From positions 12,465,934 to 12,529,933 of the forward strand of contig OZ316899.1 of assembly GCA_973895155.1 (NCBI GenBank): a stretch of 64,000 nucleotides of DNA, written 5' to 3'. Below the pieces are notes generated by a model. The model saw nothing but the letters and a program-made list of their open reading frames with translations. It was not told the origin of the DNA and ran no database searches. Numbering within the stretch: position 1 is the first letter of the stretch; each line of letters starts with the position of its first letter. Of the stretch, positions 25,020 through 36,308 are shown in pieces. Both the position numbers and the translations under genes were made by a program. This stretch comes from Marsupella aquatica. Its lineage: Eukaryota; Plantae; Marchantiophyta.

Positions 25020-25365
25020 AAGTGTATTATTATTTGATTTATGTACATTTGGGCAATGAAAAGTGTACTTTTGGGCTTGGAAAAGTGTACATTTGACCAA
25101 TGAAAAGTGTACATTTGGGGATAAAAAAGTGTACAATTGGTCTAAAGAGTGTATATTTGGGCAATGAAAAGTGTACATTTGAGCATCCAAATATGTACAT
25201 TTGGCTTAAAAAGTGTACATTTTAGTACATTTGGCCTAGAAAGTGTACATTTGAGTGAAAAAAAGATACATTTGGCTTAAAAAGTGTACATTTCAGTGCA
25301 TTTAGTCTAGAAAGTGTAGCTTTGAGTGCAATAAAGAGTACATTTGGCCTAAAAAGTGTACATTT
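25020..25365. repeat. Array of quasi-palindromic AAAAGTGTACATTT motifs
   Basis: More than a dozen degenerate copies at roughly 21-23 bp spacing, downstream of the transposase. Confidence 0.9.
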
Positions 25366-25586
25366 TCCTGAAAACTTTTATTGTAATCATTTAAAATAAA
25401 GAAATTAATAAAAAATATTTTTAATTATGCAGAAAAAATAAACATTCATATTCATAATAATCAAAAGTTTAGAAAATGAGTAGATAGTCTACTAAGTAAC
25501 TAAACACTCAATGGCATGGTCTCACAATATATATAACTCTTACATAAAAACTAATAACTATCTAATTATATCTTAGCTAGTGACAA

Positions 25587-28500
25587 CTAAGTGTACTTGT
25601 CCATCCTTTGGAGATAACTTTGGACAGTTTGTAGAACATTTCGAGGAATCTTCAAACCTCTGCCAACCATGTTTTCTTCCTTCATTCCAGATTTAAAACC
25701 ATACATTGCAGAATTTGCATACTGCCAATGTTGAGTGTTCTCACCAAATCCTGGATCTCGTTCCCATGTCTTGGTGGACATGAAACAATTGAGATACCTA
25801 GCACTCTCACTCACATCAAGTTTAGAGTGTTTAGGCCTCCACCATTCCACGGGGAACATTGGAGCATATTGTTGAGTCAAAGGAGGGTCTCTTGAAGATG
25901 CAATTGGGACTTCATGCTTAGGGTCCACCTGACCCAAAGCTCTCACCAACCAGAAATGACCTCCACCATTTTTCTTCTCCCAATCATCCTCGGGTCGAAG
26001 AAACACAAAGTTTCCTTCACAAATATCCTGGAGGGGAATCCACTGTCCTTGTTCTCTCTCAGCTCGAGATCCAACAAATGGTGCTGCTTGATCTTCCATC
26101 TCTTCCAAGACTTCATTTTGAAGAGCTGTCATCTCTGCATTCTCCTCATCTTCACTTAGAGGACCACTCTGTTCGCATGCCGATTGGTTGACCTTGTAAC
26201 CAGTGCTGTGGTTAGTCTTAGGCCAAAATCCATTTTTCAATGGAAATTGATTATTTCCCTCCCCTTCCATTGCAAGCCCATTTGACAACAGCTCCACAAT
26301 TCTTTCCCAATATTTAACAAGAGGAAATCTTTCCTTGTATGCTATTGACGTCTCATCAATGCAACTCCTTCTCAAAAAATCAAGGTACTTGTTAAGGAAT
26401 GGGATTATCTCTTCTGATTTTTTGTGTATCTCTCCTATGGATTTAGCTAAGGGTTGTCCACTGGGTAAAAGAAGAGAATTTGTTATTGGATCAGTTGCCC
26501 AAATGCACCTTCCGCCAACGGGAGCCCAAGCTTGCTTAACATGGGACTTATACTGAAATATTGGTACATTATCTCTCATAGAGAAAAGAAATGATACCGG
26601 TTTTGAGTGACCTTGAATATCTTTGACCTTAAAACTTTGAAGATATTCTTTGTAAGATGCAACTTCTTGTATCAATCTTGGAACTGGATGAATGCTCTCA
26701 CATTCCCAAACCTCTGCCATTAGTGCAAGAAGGGTTGCAACTTCCTTGTGCTGAACTTGATATGATACCTTGGAAAATAGTGCATCAACATCTTCGTGCG
26801 TATGACCAACCATTAGAAAGGACATTTGAACAGTTTCAAATATTCCTCTACTCACAAGCTCTGAGCAAAATGCCATGACCGTTTGGTTTTTGTTGTCCTT
26901 TGCTGAATTATCCATTTGCAATGTTAGGTGCCTTGGCAAGGGCATGAACAACGGACTGCCCTTCTCACCACCCACGTCCCCTCCATCATCCTCATCCTGT
27001 CGGGTTGGGATGGTCTCAGTCTGACTGTCGGCAGCTCCATCTTCAGAACCAATATACCTATTTACTTGAATATTCTTTGGTTCCAAATATCCTGACAAAA
27101 ATGCATCAAAGTCAAGTAGGGCTTGAAAGAAAGGTCTGTGAGGTTCCCAATGCAAGCCATCAAGCATGTCACCTGTCTTGTCTCCATTGTACTCTTCAAG
27201 ATCTCGAAGACACTTAGCCAAGGATGTCACTGTGAAATCTGCATCTCCTGGCCAAAGGCCAGTGACACTAAAGTGTGCATATACTCCTGGATCTCTCCCG
27301 TGGGTCAACATCCCCGTGAGAGCGATAGGTAGCGGCATTCCATGACCCGAAAGTGATTTAGGAGTACTAACCATTTTTGGAATCCATGTCTTTGCTTGAT
27401 CCATCTTGTCATGAATAAAGCAAAGATATTCTCCTGGATGTTGCTTGGCCATCACTCGATGAGCGTAGTAAACATATCTACGTGACATTTGCTCACGAAG
27501 ATGTTGAGCTCTTTTTTCTTCAATTTCAGCACGTTCTTTTTTCCTTCTCTCTCGCATCAAACTGTCTTTGTATTCACAACAAAGCGTACACTTGGCAAAT
27601 GCGCCATCCTTGTGAAAACTGAAGTTTGCAAATGATGTGCTCCATATCTTGTAGAGAGTGTTATCCGTAACAGGAGGAAGCCCTTCTTCCTTCATCTTTG
27701 TTCTCACATCTTCCAAAATCTCTAACTTTTTGTAACACGCTGGAAGTCGATACTCAATGCTGTCTGTCCCATGAGCCCCTCCATAAGGCATATGAGGCAT
27801 TGGCTCTGCATTTTGAGTCAGAAATGCCTCTAGAAGAGCTCGCGCATGCAAGGTATTTGACCTTGTTTTCTTCAAGCCTGTGTTCCCATGGAACCCAATT
27901 TTGCAACCCTCCATGTATCTTCTCTTGTAATCATAATACTTGGTGTGACTAAAACCATGGATGGTTGCAAATGCATCTTTACAGATGACCATACCTTTGA
28001 GAACATGGTGTCCCTTATCACGAACATCATCCTCTCTGTAGTGGAAGAGGTTGAAAATGTGTGATGTTTTGGACTCGCCAGACATCCCGTGAAATTCCAT
28101 CCTTACATCTTCTATATCTTCCCTTGGCATAATGAGACAACATTTATGCTTGCAGCAATTTACTCTTTTGATCTCATCAATTGCGGCTTCTGTTGTTTTT
28201 GAAACTGCCTTGGTTTGCAAGAGCCTCCTTTTCTTCTCAACAGGATCAACTTGATTCCTCTTGTTGAAGTTATATGGCCTTTGACGACATCCGGATGCGG
28301 ATCCAACCACATGATCCGGATTCAGATCATCCCTATCCATTGACTCCATATTCTCTGTACCTTCTACCAGAATGTCTGACAAAAATTTTCCAGTTGTTAC
28401 TAGTTTTGTGTGATCAATTCGCCATCGAACCAAACTAATTACTCCCTTGTGAATGCTTGGAAAGTATTGCGATTCCATGACATCTTTCACAGCAACCCCT

Positions 28501-29402
28501 ACATAGTCTTCTCCCAGGATTTCATCATCAACAGCCGCCGTTGCTTGAGGCACAGTGATAGTCCCAGTGGCAACCTTACTCGATCGTCCTGAACCAATGT
28601 ATAATTCGACCAACTCTGACATCCAATTGGACCGTTGGTAATAATCAGAATGAGTTTTGGTCGATTTTGTTGATGGAGAATGTGAGACAAAACTCTCCTC
28701 AATTAAAACGTCGCCATCACCTTGCTTCTTAGAGGAAGACTTTCTACCTTCATCAACATTCCAACCTTTTTTATGAACATCGGCCAAGTCCCAGAGAACC
28801 CATGAGTCTTTTGCCTCTTCAATTGTTTCAGCCCCATTGTGTATGTAAGGTAAAGCCTTACTACCATGAATAACATCAGTGATTTTCACACTGATCCGAG
28901 ACTCACCAAGTAATATGTTGTGACATCGGTCCTTTGGATTTACCTTGAAAATAACTCCAAGGGCTACACAACACCCATCAATGAGCATTTCAACCTCGTC
29001 CCCTTGCCTTAGAGTGTTTGATGCATCCTCCATAACAATTGTAGGAGATTTATCCAAGTTATTATCTGGTCGAGTTGAACAACTACCAGTACTGATGCGT
29101 TTTTGGGAATCTAGAGTTATAGAGAGATACGCGCACGAGATCTCCCAAATAACACATGAGTCAATGGCATCAAAAAGATTTTCTACCCTTGGTAGTGGAA
29201 ATGGTAGTTTTCGAGTTGGCTCGAAAACCTTCTCCACGAGCACACCAATTCGATTATCCCCCAACAATATGTTGTGCACCCTATCCTGGGGGTTAATTTT
29301 CTGAACTGTCCCACAACCGACATCATATCCATCAATTGTCAAGGTCACATCATCACCTCTTGAAAACCTTCCAGTCATTCTCGGATTTAGTAACCTGCAC
29401 AA
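25587..29402 (-). CDS. Sola-like / DUF7869-type DDE transposase with three N-terminal Tnp1/En/Spm-like repeats; first ATG at 29378
   Basis: Intact 1271-codon ORF with ICKDAFATIHG, KCTLC..H, HDKMDQ, LQMDNSAKDNKN and FLMVGHTHEDVDALFS. Three N-terminal repeats of V..G.V....P....H...LG...I.V.V.......W. Family names are from memory. Confidence 0.78.
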   Translation of the reverse strand: MCRLLNPRMTGRFSRGDDVTLTIDGYDVGCGTVQKINPQDRVHNILLGDNRIGVLVEKVFEPTRKLPFPLPRVENLFDAIDSCVIWEISCAYLSITLDSQKRISTGSCSTRPDNNLDKSPTIVMEDASNTLRQGDEVEMLIDGCCVALGVIFKVNPKDRCHNILLGESRISVKITDVIHGSKALPYIHNGAETIEEAKDSWVLWDLADVHKKGWNVDEGRKSSSKKQGDGDVLIEESFVSHSPSTKSTKTHSDYYQRSNWMSELVELYIGSGRSSKVATGTITVPQATAAVDDEILGEDYVGVAVKDVMESQYFPSIHKGVISLVRWRIDHTKLVTTGKFLSDILVEGTENMESMDRDDLNPDHVVGSASGCRQRPYNFNKRNQVDPVEKKRRLLQTKAVSKTTEAAIDEIKRVNCCKHKCCLIMPREDIEDVRMEFHGMSGESKTSHIFNLFHYREDDVRDKGHHVLKGMVICKDAFATIHGFSHTKYYDYKRRYMEGCKIGFHGNTGLKKTRSNTLHARALLEAFLTQNAEPMPHMPYGGAHGTDSIEYRLPACYKKLEILEDVRTKMKEEGLPPVTDNTLYKIWSTSFANFSFHKDGAFAKCTLCCEYKDSLMRERRKKERAEIEEKRAQHLREQMSRRYVYYAHRVMAKQHPGEYLCFIHDKMDQAKTWIPKMVSTPKSLSGHGMPLPIALTGMLTHGRDPGVYAHFSVTGLWPGDADFTVTSLAKCLRDLEEYNGDKTGDMLDGLHWEPHRPFFQALLDFDAFLSGYLEPKNIQVNRYIGSEDGAADSQTETIPTRQDEDDGGDVGGEKGSPLFMPLPRHLTLQMDNSAKDNKNQTVMAFCSELVSRGIFETVQMSFLMVGHTHEDVDALFSKVSYQVQHKEVATLLALMAEVWECESIHPVPRLIQEVASYKEYLQSFKVKDIQGHSKPVSFLFSMRDNVPIFQYKSHVKQAWAPVGGRCIWATDPITNSLLLPSGQPLAKSIGEIHKKSEEIIPFLNKYLDFLRRSCIDETSIAYKERFPLVKYWERIVELLSNGLAMEGEGNNQFPLKNGFWPKTNHSTGYKVNQSACEQSGPLSEDEENAEMTALQNEVLEEMEDQAAPFVGSRAEREQGQWIPLQDICEGNFVFLRPEDDWEKKNGGGHFWLVRALGQVDPKHEVPIASSRDPPLTQQYAPMFPVEWWRPKHSKLDVSESARYLNCFMSTKTWERDPGFGENTQHWQYANSAMYGFKSGMKEENMVGRGLKIPRNVLQTVQSYLQRMDKYT

Positions 29403-29589
29403 TTTTCAGAAAAACCATCACAAATCCGAATGACAAGAATTTGAAGAGACTCACAATTATCCATACGGTCATTTGATTGCCATTCCGAGAATCCAAACAT
29501 TGGCTCAACTATCACGCTTGGATTGGGGCCGGTGGTCCAAATCAAAACCATGAAGATTTTATTCCGAAGGTCAAATTTAAGCATCTCGC

Positions 29590-30690
29590 TTGAATTGGGA
29601 TCGTCCGAATCCAAACCAACCTCTATCCAACACACCCTCTTGGATTTGGATGGTCCGAATCCAAACCCAGATGGGATCCCAAAGGTCCCAATTCAACAAA
29701 CGCGCTTGGATTGGGATGGTCCGAATCCAAACCCATATTTTATTTCAAAGGTCCCAATTTGAGCACCGGGCTTGGATTCGGATGGTCCGAATCCAAAACC
29801 AGATTGTATTTCAAAGGTCCGAATCCAACCCACCATCTTGGATTCGGATGGTCCGAATCCAAACACAGATTCTATCCCGAAGGTCCCAATTCAACAAACC
29901 GGCTTGGATTGGGATGGTCCGAATCCAAAACCAGACTGTATTTCAAACGCCCAAATTCAACCATCTCGCTTGGATTGGGATGGTCCGAATCCAAACTGAG
30001 ATTGGATCCCAAAGGTCACAATTTAAGCATTGCACGCTTGGATTCGGATGGTCCGAATCCAACACACCCTCTTGGATTCGGACCATCCGAATCCAAAACC
30101 AGACTGTATTTAAAACGCCCAAATTCAACCATCTCGCTTGGATTGGGATGGTCCGAATCCAAACTGAGATTGGATCCCAAAGGTCACAATTTAAGCATTG
30201 CACGCTTGGATTCGGATGGTCCGAATCCAACACACCCTCTTGGATTAGGACCATCCGAATCCAAAACCAGACTGTATTTAAAACGCCCAAATTCAACCAT
30301 CTCGCTTGGATTGGGATGGTCCAAATCCAAACCGAGATTGGATCCCAAAGGCCACAATTTAAGCATTGCACGCTTGGATTCGGATGGTCCGAATCCAACA
30401 CACCCTCTTGGATTCGGACCATCCGAATCCAACACACCCTCTTGGATTCGGACCATCCAAATCAAAAACCAGACTGTATTTACCATCTCGCTTGGATTGG
30501 GATGGTCCGAATCCAAACCGAGATTGGATCCCAAAGGTCACAATTTAAGCATTGCACGGTTGGATTCGGATGGTCCGAATCCAACACACCCTCTTGGATT
30601 CGGACCATCCGAATCCAAACCAAGATTGGAATCTGATCAGATGGTCCCAATCCTAGAAATGGATTGGATTTGGATCATCCGAATCCAAAC
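29590..30690. repeat. Palindrome array 1: TTGGATTCGGA-(CCA/TGG)-TCCGAATCCAA, about 20 copies, 168-bp higher-order unit
   Basis: 11-bp arms around a 3-nt core; spacers mostly 9 or about 41-43 nt and themselves repeated; 56-aa periodicity in the shadow ORFs. Confidence 0.95.
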
Positions 30691-31686
30691 AACAATCTAG
30701 GATTAGGACCATTATAATCCACACATCAAGTCTGGATTCAAATGTTCTAACTCCACAATGAAGATTATGTTGAGATGGATATATTGAGATTGAGATCTCT
30801 TCCTAATCAAATTTAGACATTCCGGGTTTTTCGGAACATTGGGTAATTCGTGAAATAATAATTGGGAAGTCACTAGAATGCAGAACAAAGTGAAAGGGTT
30901 CGTCTCTCTTCCCTAAGAACTCAAAATAAGCAAAGCGACTAAGACCATAACTCACCTCAGCAGTCTTGTTTTTCCAGTATGTCTCCAAGGTTGGCTCTGC
31001 TACCTCTAAATTGATGAATAAGTTCATATCAATCTGACTAAGAAAGCTATCAAAGCCACTTCAAGTCTAAACTCCATCAGAGAGAAGAGCTGAGGAGGAG
31101 TTGCGCAGACCTGGATGCCCAAGTGAAGATATGAAACTAAAACAACAATGATGTCCGTAGAGTACCTCTTATACTCGTGGGTTGGTATGTTCTGCCCTGA
31201 ATGTGCGATCCGATAAGGTTGAGACAACACCGAGTATCGCGGTTAGAACAATCATCCAATCCTTTTTCAATCCATTGTGTCAGACAATACAGCTAGCGTC
31301 CCACCCAAACTGATAGGACCAGATCCCTTCTTGGTCTCTATCCGTATAGAGATGATCCGTACAGAGATGATCCGTACAGAGATGATCCGTGCAGCGATCA
31401 TCCGTACGCAAACAAGCCTTTCAGGAGGGGGTAAAGGGAGGATGAGGTCTTCCACAGACCTCATTGTTGTTTTCTCTCTGTCGCTCCTCACTCTCGCTCC
31501 TCCCTCTCGCTCCTCGCTCTCGCTCTAGCTCCTCATTCTCGCTCCTCGCTCTCGCTCTTGGCTGGCTGCCGCTGATATCCCTTGCCCTTGCCCTAATTGC
31601 CTTCTTGCCCTAATCTGCTGCAACGCCCTAGATCTTGCCCATCTTGACGTGTCCTCAGTATATCCTGCCACGTGTCACTCCTAAAA

Positions 31687-33340
31687 ATGGAAGTTTCCAA
31701 GAAAACCGTCATCGTCCTACTCGCCGAAGAATCTGATGACTTGGATCTCTCCTCTGTCGGTGATCTTGTGGCCCTAGCGCTTAGGGATTCCCAAGAATTT
31801 CAATCTCAAGTCCAAAGTAAGTTCCCGGAGGTTTATTCATGCATCTTAAGTTGTTGGATTCGGATGGTCCGAATCCAAGAGCGTTGTTTGGATTCGGACC
31901 ATCCGAATCCAAGTGGGTTGTTTGGATTCAGATGGTCTGAATCTAAGAGGGTTGTTTAAATTCGGACCATCCAAATCCAAGAGGGTTGTTTGGATTCGGA
32001 CCATCCGAATCCAAGTGGGTTGTTTGGATTTGGATGGTCCGAATCCAAGAGCATTGTTTGGATTCGGACCATCCGAATCCAAGTGGGTTGTTTGGATTCG
32101 GATGGTCTGAATCTAAGAGGGTTGTTTAAATTCGGACCATCCAAATCCAAGAGGGTTGTTTGGATTCGGACCATCCGAATCCAAGTGGGTTGTTTGGATT
32201 TGGATGGTCCGAATCCAAGAGCGTTGTTTGGATTCGGACCATCCGAATCCAAGTCGGTTGTTTGGATTCGGATGGTCTGAATCTAAGAGGGTTGTTTAAA
32301 TTCGGACCATCCAAATCCAAGAGGGTTGTTTGGATTCGGACCATCCGAATCCAAGTGGGTTGTTTGGATTTGGATGGTCCGAATCCAAGTGGCTTGATTG
32401 GATTCGGATGGTCTGAATCCAAGAGGGTTGTTTGGATTCGGACCATCCGAATCCAAGTGGGTTGTTTGGATTCGGATGGTCCAAATCCAAGTGGCTTGAT
32501 TGGATTCAGATGGTCCGAATCTAAGAGGGTTGTTTGGATTCGGACCATCTGAATCCAAGTGGGCTTCTTGTATTGGATTCGGATGGTCTGAATCCAAGAG
32601 CCTTCAATCTCACTTTGACAGTGATTTCTTAAAACAAATTTCATGGATTTGAAGTCTAATATGAATTTTCACTCTCCAATGCAGAGAGTGATCTGGTGAA
32701 TACAACTCTCGCCATTTCAGAGGCAGACTGCGACGATGGGCTCATTTTGGAGGACCGCGATCCAGGATTTTGGTGGGGACTTGAGTTCTCGCGAGTTAAC
32801 TTCCGCCTGAATTCATTTAACATTCAGGATCCAGTGTTATGTGTCAAGATCAGGACAGGCAACAACCAAACATTGGTCATCGGACCCGTGGTCTCTGTGG
32901 GAATGATAGGAAGAGGAATGAATTCTATCATTGTAGAGGTGTCGGACACGATGAGGTGGGCAAAGTTGTAGCTCCCCACAAAGGCTTTCTCGGCCGAGTT
33001 CAATGTGGAATGGTATGCAAGTGGGGAATTAAGTGTGTTGTCGATGGGATTCTTTCCAAAATCCTACACAAAGGAGAAGATTATTGGAGGACTGAAGGGA
33101 ATGCTTCCTTTGGACATTTTTTATGGGTTTCTTTATTTGAAACTCAACATTGTAAACAACCCATCAAAGTTCTCTCTTCCATCCACATGGACTCTTAACA
33201 ATTTGCTTGAGAAAGCAGGTCTGGTGTCACCAGACTCAAATGTTTGGATCGCCAAGGCACTAGCCTTTGCACACACGCTTGACCTGGAAAAAGCAAATCT
33301 ATGGGTAGAGTCTTTGGTGAAGTTGAGGAAAAGTACACAA
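31687..33340 (+). pseudogene. Unknown spliced gene: exon 31687-31816, intron 31817-32684, exon 32685 to beyond 33340; one in-frame TAG; cut by LTR B
   Basis: Donor AA|GTAAGT and acceptor TGCAG| join in frame (A+AG = Lys). ORFs 32696-32971 and 33005 onward share that frame. Confidence 0.65.
31853..32597. repeat. Palindrome array 2: the same 25-mer, about 22 copies at 34-bp period, 170-bp higher-order unit
   Basis: 9-nt spacers such as GAGGGTTGT and GTGGGTTGT; inverted relative to array 1 (spacer CACACCCTC). Confidence 0.95.
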
Positions 33341-34451
33341 TGTCACTTGCCTCTCCAACGGTTAATACGTGCAAACCGCACTTTTCTTCGCTTAAACCGT
33401 TGGTATCGTATTACGGGGTCGTGGAGGGACGCTATTTGGATTCTTTTCACACCAGGATGAGTATTTTGGTTTCCGCTCCCGGAAATGTAGGTTTTGATCA
33501 AGTCTACCGACTACCCTCACCCCACAGCTTTTGATCAAGTCCTGCCGACTACCCCACTACACCTTCACTCGGAGTCACCCAAAGAGTGCTGTCACCACCC
33601 CTACTCACAAGGCCGACTCAAACCAAGCAAGTTTCTTCAAATCATAGAACGGGAGAACACAATTCGGAAAGCGAAAAAGGGAGAAGGAACACACAACAAA
33701 AGCCCATCAAGTCAAATGTACAGATCCATATCTCTTGGGAAAAACGATACACATTGCATGAGTAACCCGGCCTCCTGCCGTCTACTCAACTCCTGCCTCT
33801 CCGGACAATGAGTATGGCTCCCCCTCACTACTCTGAACACGCTTTCAAACTCCTCAGGCTCCACTCTATCCCTCCTTGCTAACTTCACACTGAGTCCCCC
33901 TAACTACTTCGGGGCTATCCCCCTAAATACTGAAAAATCACACCAAAGCACCCCTCACAGGGTCACAACGGTGGCGGCTACCCTAGCGGCGCCGCTAAAA
34001 CCTTGCACTAAGAGAAATCCTTAAACTGAAGAGGAGCATGCGGCACACACATGCTGCTAAAACCCTAAACCCAAAACAAGGGGGCCGACGGTGCCTTCGA
34101 CGGCGCCCCAACAGTACACGTGAACCCTGAAAGTGAGAGGCACCCCAAAATGGCCGAAACTAGGTGCCCTTCCAAGTGCACACCTGAGCTCACCCCTGGA
34201 TAGCTCTTCTTTTCCTGCTTCCGAATCACTAAGTCGCTCCCTCAACGGACTTCAGACGCCTGAGTTATGGCCGTTTCCGTACCGCAAAAACATAAGTTCT
34301 CCAGGCCATAACTTGCTCATCCTGGCTCCGTTTGAGGAGCGCCGCCTCTTGTTGGAATCAGCTCCGCGAGCTCATCCCAACAAGCCCATGAGTGACCCCC
34401 CACTAAAATGTTGGAAATCTGGAGGCCGTACACCCACGTCCGTACGCCTAT

Positions 34452-36308
34452 CTAATCCTCCTCTTCTTCTTCGCTCTCGGTGCCCGGACTTGTGCCCCGT
34501 GAGTGGTCCTCCTCCTCATCACTCACGGGAGTGAGTGCCACCGTACTTTTCTTCTTCTTCGACGGAGTACTCTTAGTGCTGCTGCTCCCGCGCTTCCTCA
34601 AAGCAGCCAAGGCCTGCCACGCCTTGATGTACCCCTCACCAATTGTGTCCTTCCAGAGGGTAGCCTCTTCTCCGGACCGCAACTCCAACGGTAGAACTTG
34701 CCCCGTGGCCATGGGAGTCCCGGGGGTGACAGACCTGGGTGGCATCCCCGTACTGACCTGAGCCTCCCGTAACGATTTCCGTACCTCCCGGAGCTTCTTC
34801 TCCAAGCTCTTACTCTTCTCCTGACTCTTCTTGGCTCCATCCAACAAGGGTCCATACTTCCCACTAACCTCCTTCACCACCATCTCGATAGCTTGGGAGA
34901 TCACATCCGGGGAAAGTGTGGAGCCAGGTGTGCCGGGACTCTTCCGTTTCCCTAGACTCAGGGCCTCACTTCTCTTCGCTCGTGTCTCAAAGGCTGCCAC
35001 CTGACTCCGTAGTGCTCCCACCTGGTTCCTCCACTCCATCACTTCTCCAGAATTTTGCTTCTCTTTGGCCAATGCTTGCCTCAACGCTCCTACTTCTTCT
35101 GCTTCCTTGGCCTTGGTGGACAAAGCTCCCTTCAAGTTGGTGATCTCTACGTGAGCTGCATTGATGTGCCTGACCTTCTCATGAATGGTCTGCTCCTTGG
35201 TCTTGATCACCTCCTTCAGTGACAGGATGCTCTGCTCTAACGTCTCTACTTTGACTGTGGCGTGCTTGAGAGACTCCCTCAATGCGTGGACTAGCTTGAG
35301 TCCCTCGTGGACTCCCTCTCTGAAATCCCGTAGCTCTGCCAAGTAAACATCCGGAATGTTGTATTCCAGAGGCTGTTTCGGATCTCCCACGAGTGATTCA
35401 AGCCACTCCAATGTGCAATCATCCTCCTGGTTCTCTTCTTCTCTATTATCCTCCCCACCAGCAGACAATGATTCCTCCGTGAGCTTCCCTAAAACGGTAG
35501 TGGCAATACTCCGGATCTCCGTGGTGAGAGATGATCCCGTGTCTTCATGCCCCGGAGAACCAATCAACCCTTCTGCCCTGGCCAATACAAATGACCCCAT
35601 CAAATGTACAGCCCCACCTGGTTTCACACTCCCGGGCTCAGCGGCCAATAGCTTCTTCAATCCGTAGCACCACCATCCGTACACATGGGCTGGGTAGTTC
35701 TTGATGTCCATAGCTACCACGAAATGCTCCTCATTCAGCACTCCGGATTGCACGTTGCCAAGAACCCGTTGATGCACCTTGGCCAGGAAGCCCTTATACT
35801 CAACATCCTTGACAGCAGAAAGAGGGATGGCGGTGGTGGAGGTAGGATTGGTCACCCAAGTGGCCACCATTTTCAACGTGAGTTCTCCCCTGATATTCGG
35901 AGGTGTGAATGAGAATTTCTGATTCTCAAGAAACAATAGCTTAGCCAACTCCACATGGGGCACTACACGTTTGAGACATTCAAAGTAGATTCCCTCCGTT
36001 CGGAACTCCATCCCGGCCTCAATGTCCCAGCTCTTCCCTGAAGGGATGGTAATCTCCACCTTCATGAATTCTGTAAGCCCGGTGGCTTGGAAAATGTTCC
36101 GACAATCCTCCATCACCTTGGTGGAGGTCTTGGGATAAATTCGACGAAAAATCTTCCTACCCACCGGTGAGGAACCCGCTGCCAATCCCGTGCTCATCAT
36201 AACTTCTCTCTCTTCCCTTTCCCGTGTAATCCGAGTCTCCACGTAGTCACGGTAAGCAGCCTTGTATCTCCGAATGCGTGACGCACTAAACTCTGGTTGA
36301 TCTAGCAT
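34452..36308 (-). CDS. LTR-B-encoded 618-aa accessory protein (3' LTR copy)
   Basis: Intact ORF wholly inside the LTR: globular N-terminal half, coiled coil, KKKK basic patch and acidic tail. Confidence 0.9.
   Translation of the reverse strand: MLDQPEFSASRIRRYKAAYRDYVETRITREREEREVMMSTGLAAGSSPVGRKIFRRIYPKTSTKVMEDCRNIFQATGLTEFMKVEITIPSGKSWDIEAGMEFRTEGIYFECLKRVVPHVELAKLLFLENQKFSFTPPNIRGELTLKMVATWVTNPTSTTAIPLSAVKDVEYKGFLAKVHQRVLGNVQSGVLNEEHFVVAMDIKNYPAHVYGWWCYGLKKLLAAEPGSVKPGGAVHLMGSFVLARAEGLIGSPGHEDTGSSLTTEIRSIATTVLGKLTEESLSAGGEDNREEENQEDDCTLEWLESLVGDPKQPLEYNIPDVYLAELRDFREGVHEGLKLVHALRESLKHATVKVETLEQSILSLKEVIKTKEQTIHEKVRHINAAHVEITNLKGALSTKAKEAEEVGALRQALAKEKQNSGEVMEWRNQVGALRSQVAAFETRAKRSEALSLGKRKSPGTPGSTLSPDVISQAIEMVVKEVSGKYGPLLDGAKKSQEKSKSLEKKLREVRKSLREAQVSTGMPPRSVTPGTPMATGQVLPLELRSGEEATLWKDTIGEGYIKAWQALAALRKRGSSSTKSTPSKKKKSTVALTPVSDEEEDHSRGTSPGTESEEEEED

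Noticed and set aside
29523-30700. 348-aa and 329-aa ORFs in array 1, and similar ORFs in array 2
   Set aside because: Several frames on both strands are open because the repeat lacks stop codons.
29590-32597. CRISPR-like look (palindromic repeat plus spacers)
   Set aside because: Spacers are repeated rather than unique, many are only 9 nt, the context is eukaryotic, and no cas genes are present.
24985-33340. Terminal inverted repeats for the DNA transposon
   Set aside because: No convincing match to the left junction was found; the right end was probably lost at the B junction.
33005-33460. ORFs crossing element junctions (also the tails of 6877-7257, 24467-25096, 48158-49240 and 50755-51135)
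   Set aside because: Accidental read-through across insertion boundaries, not fusion genes.
34452-36308. Envelope or tyrosine-recombinase identity for the LTR ORFs
   Set aside because: No signal peptide, transmembrane segment or R-H-R-Y pattern is evident, and A, B and E encode a DDE integrase.
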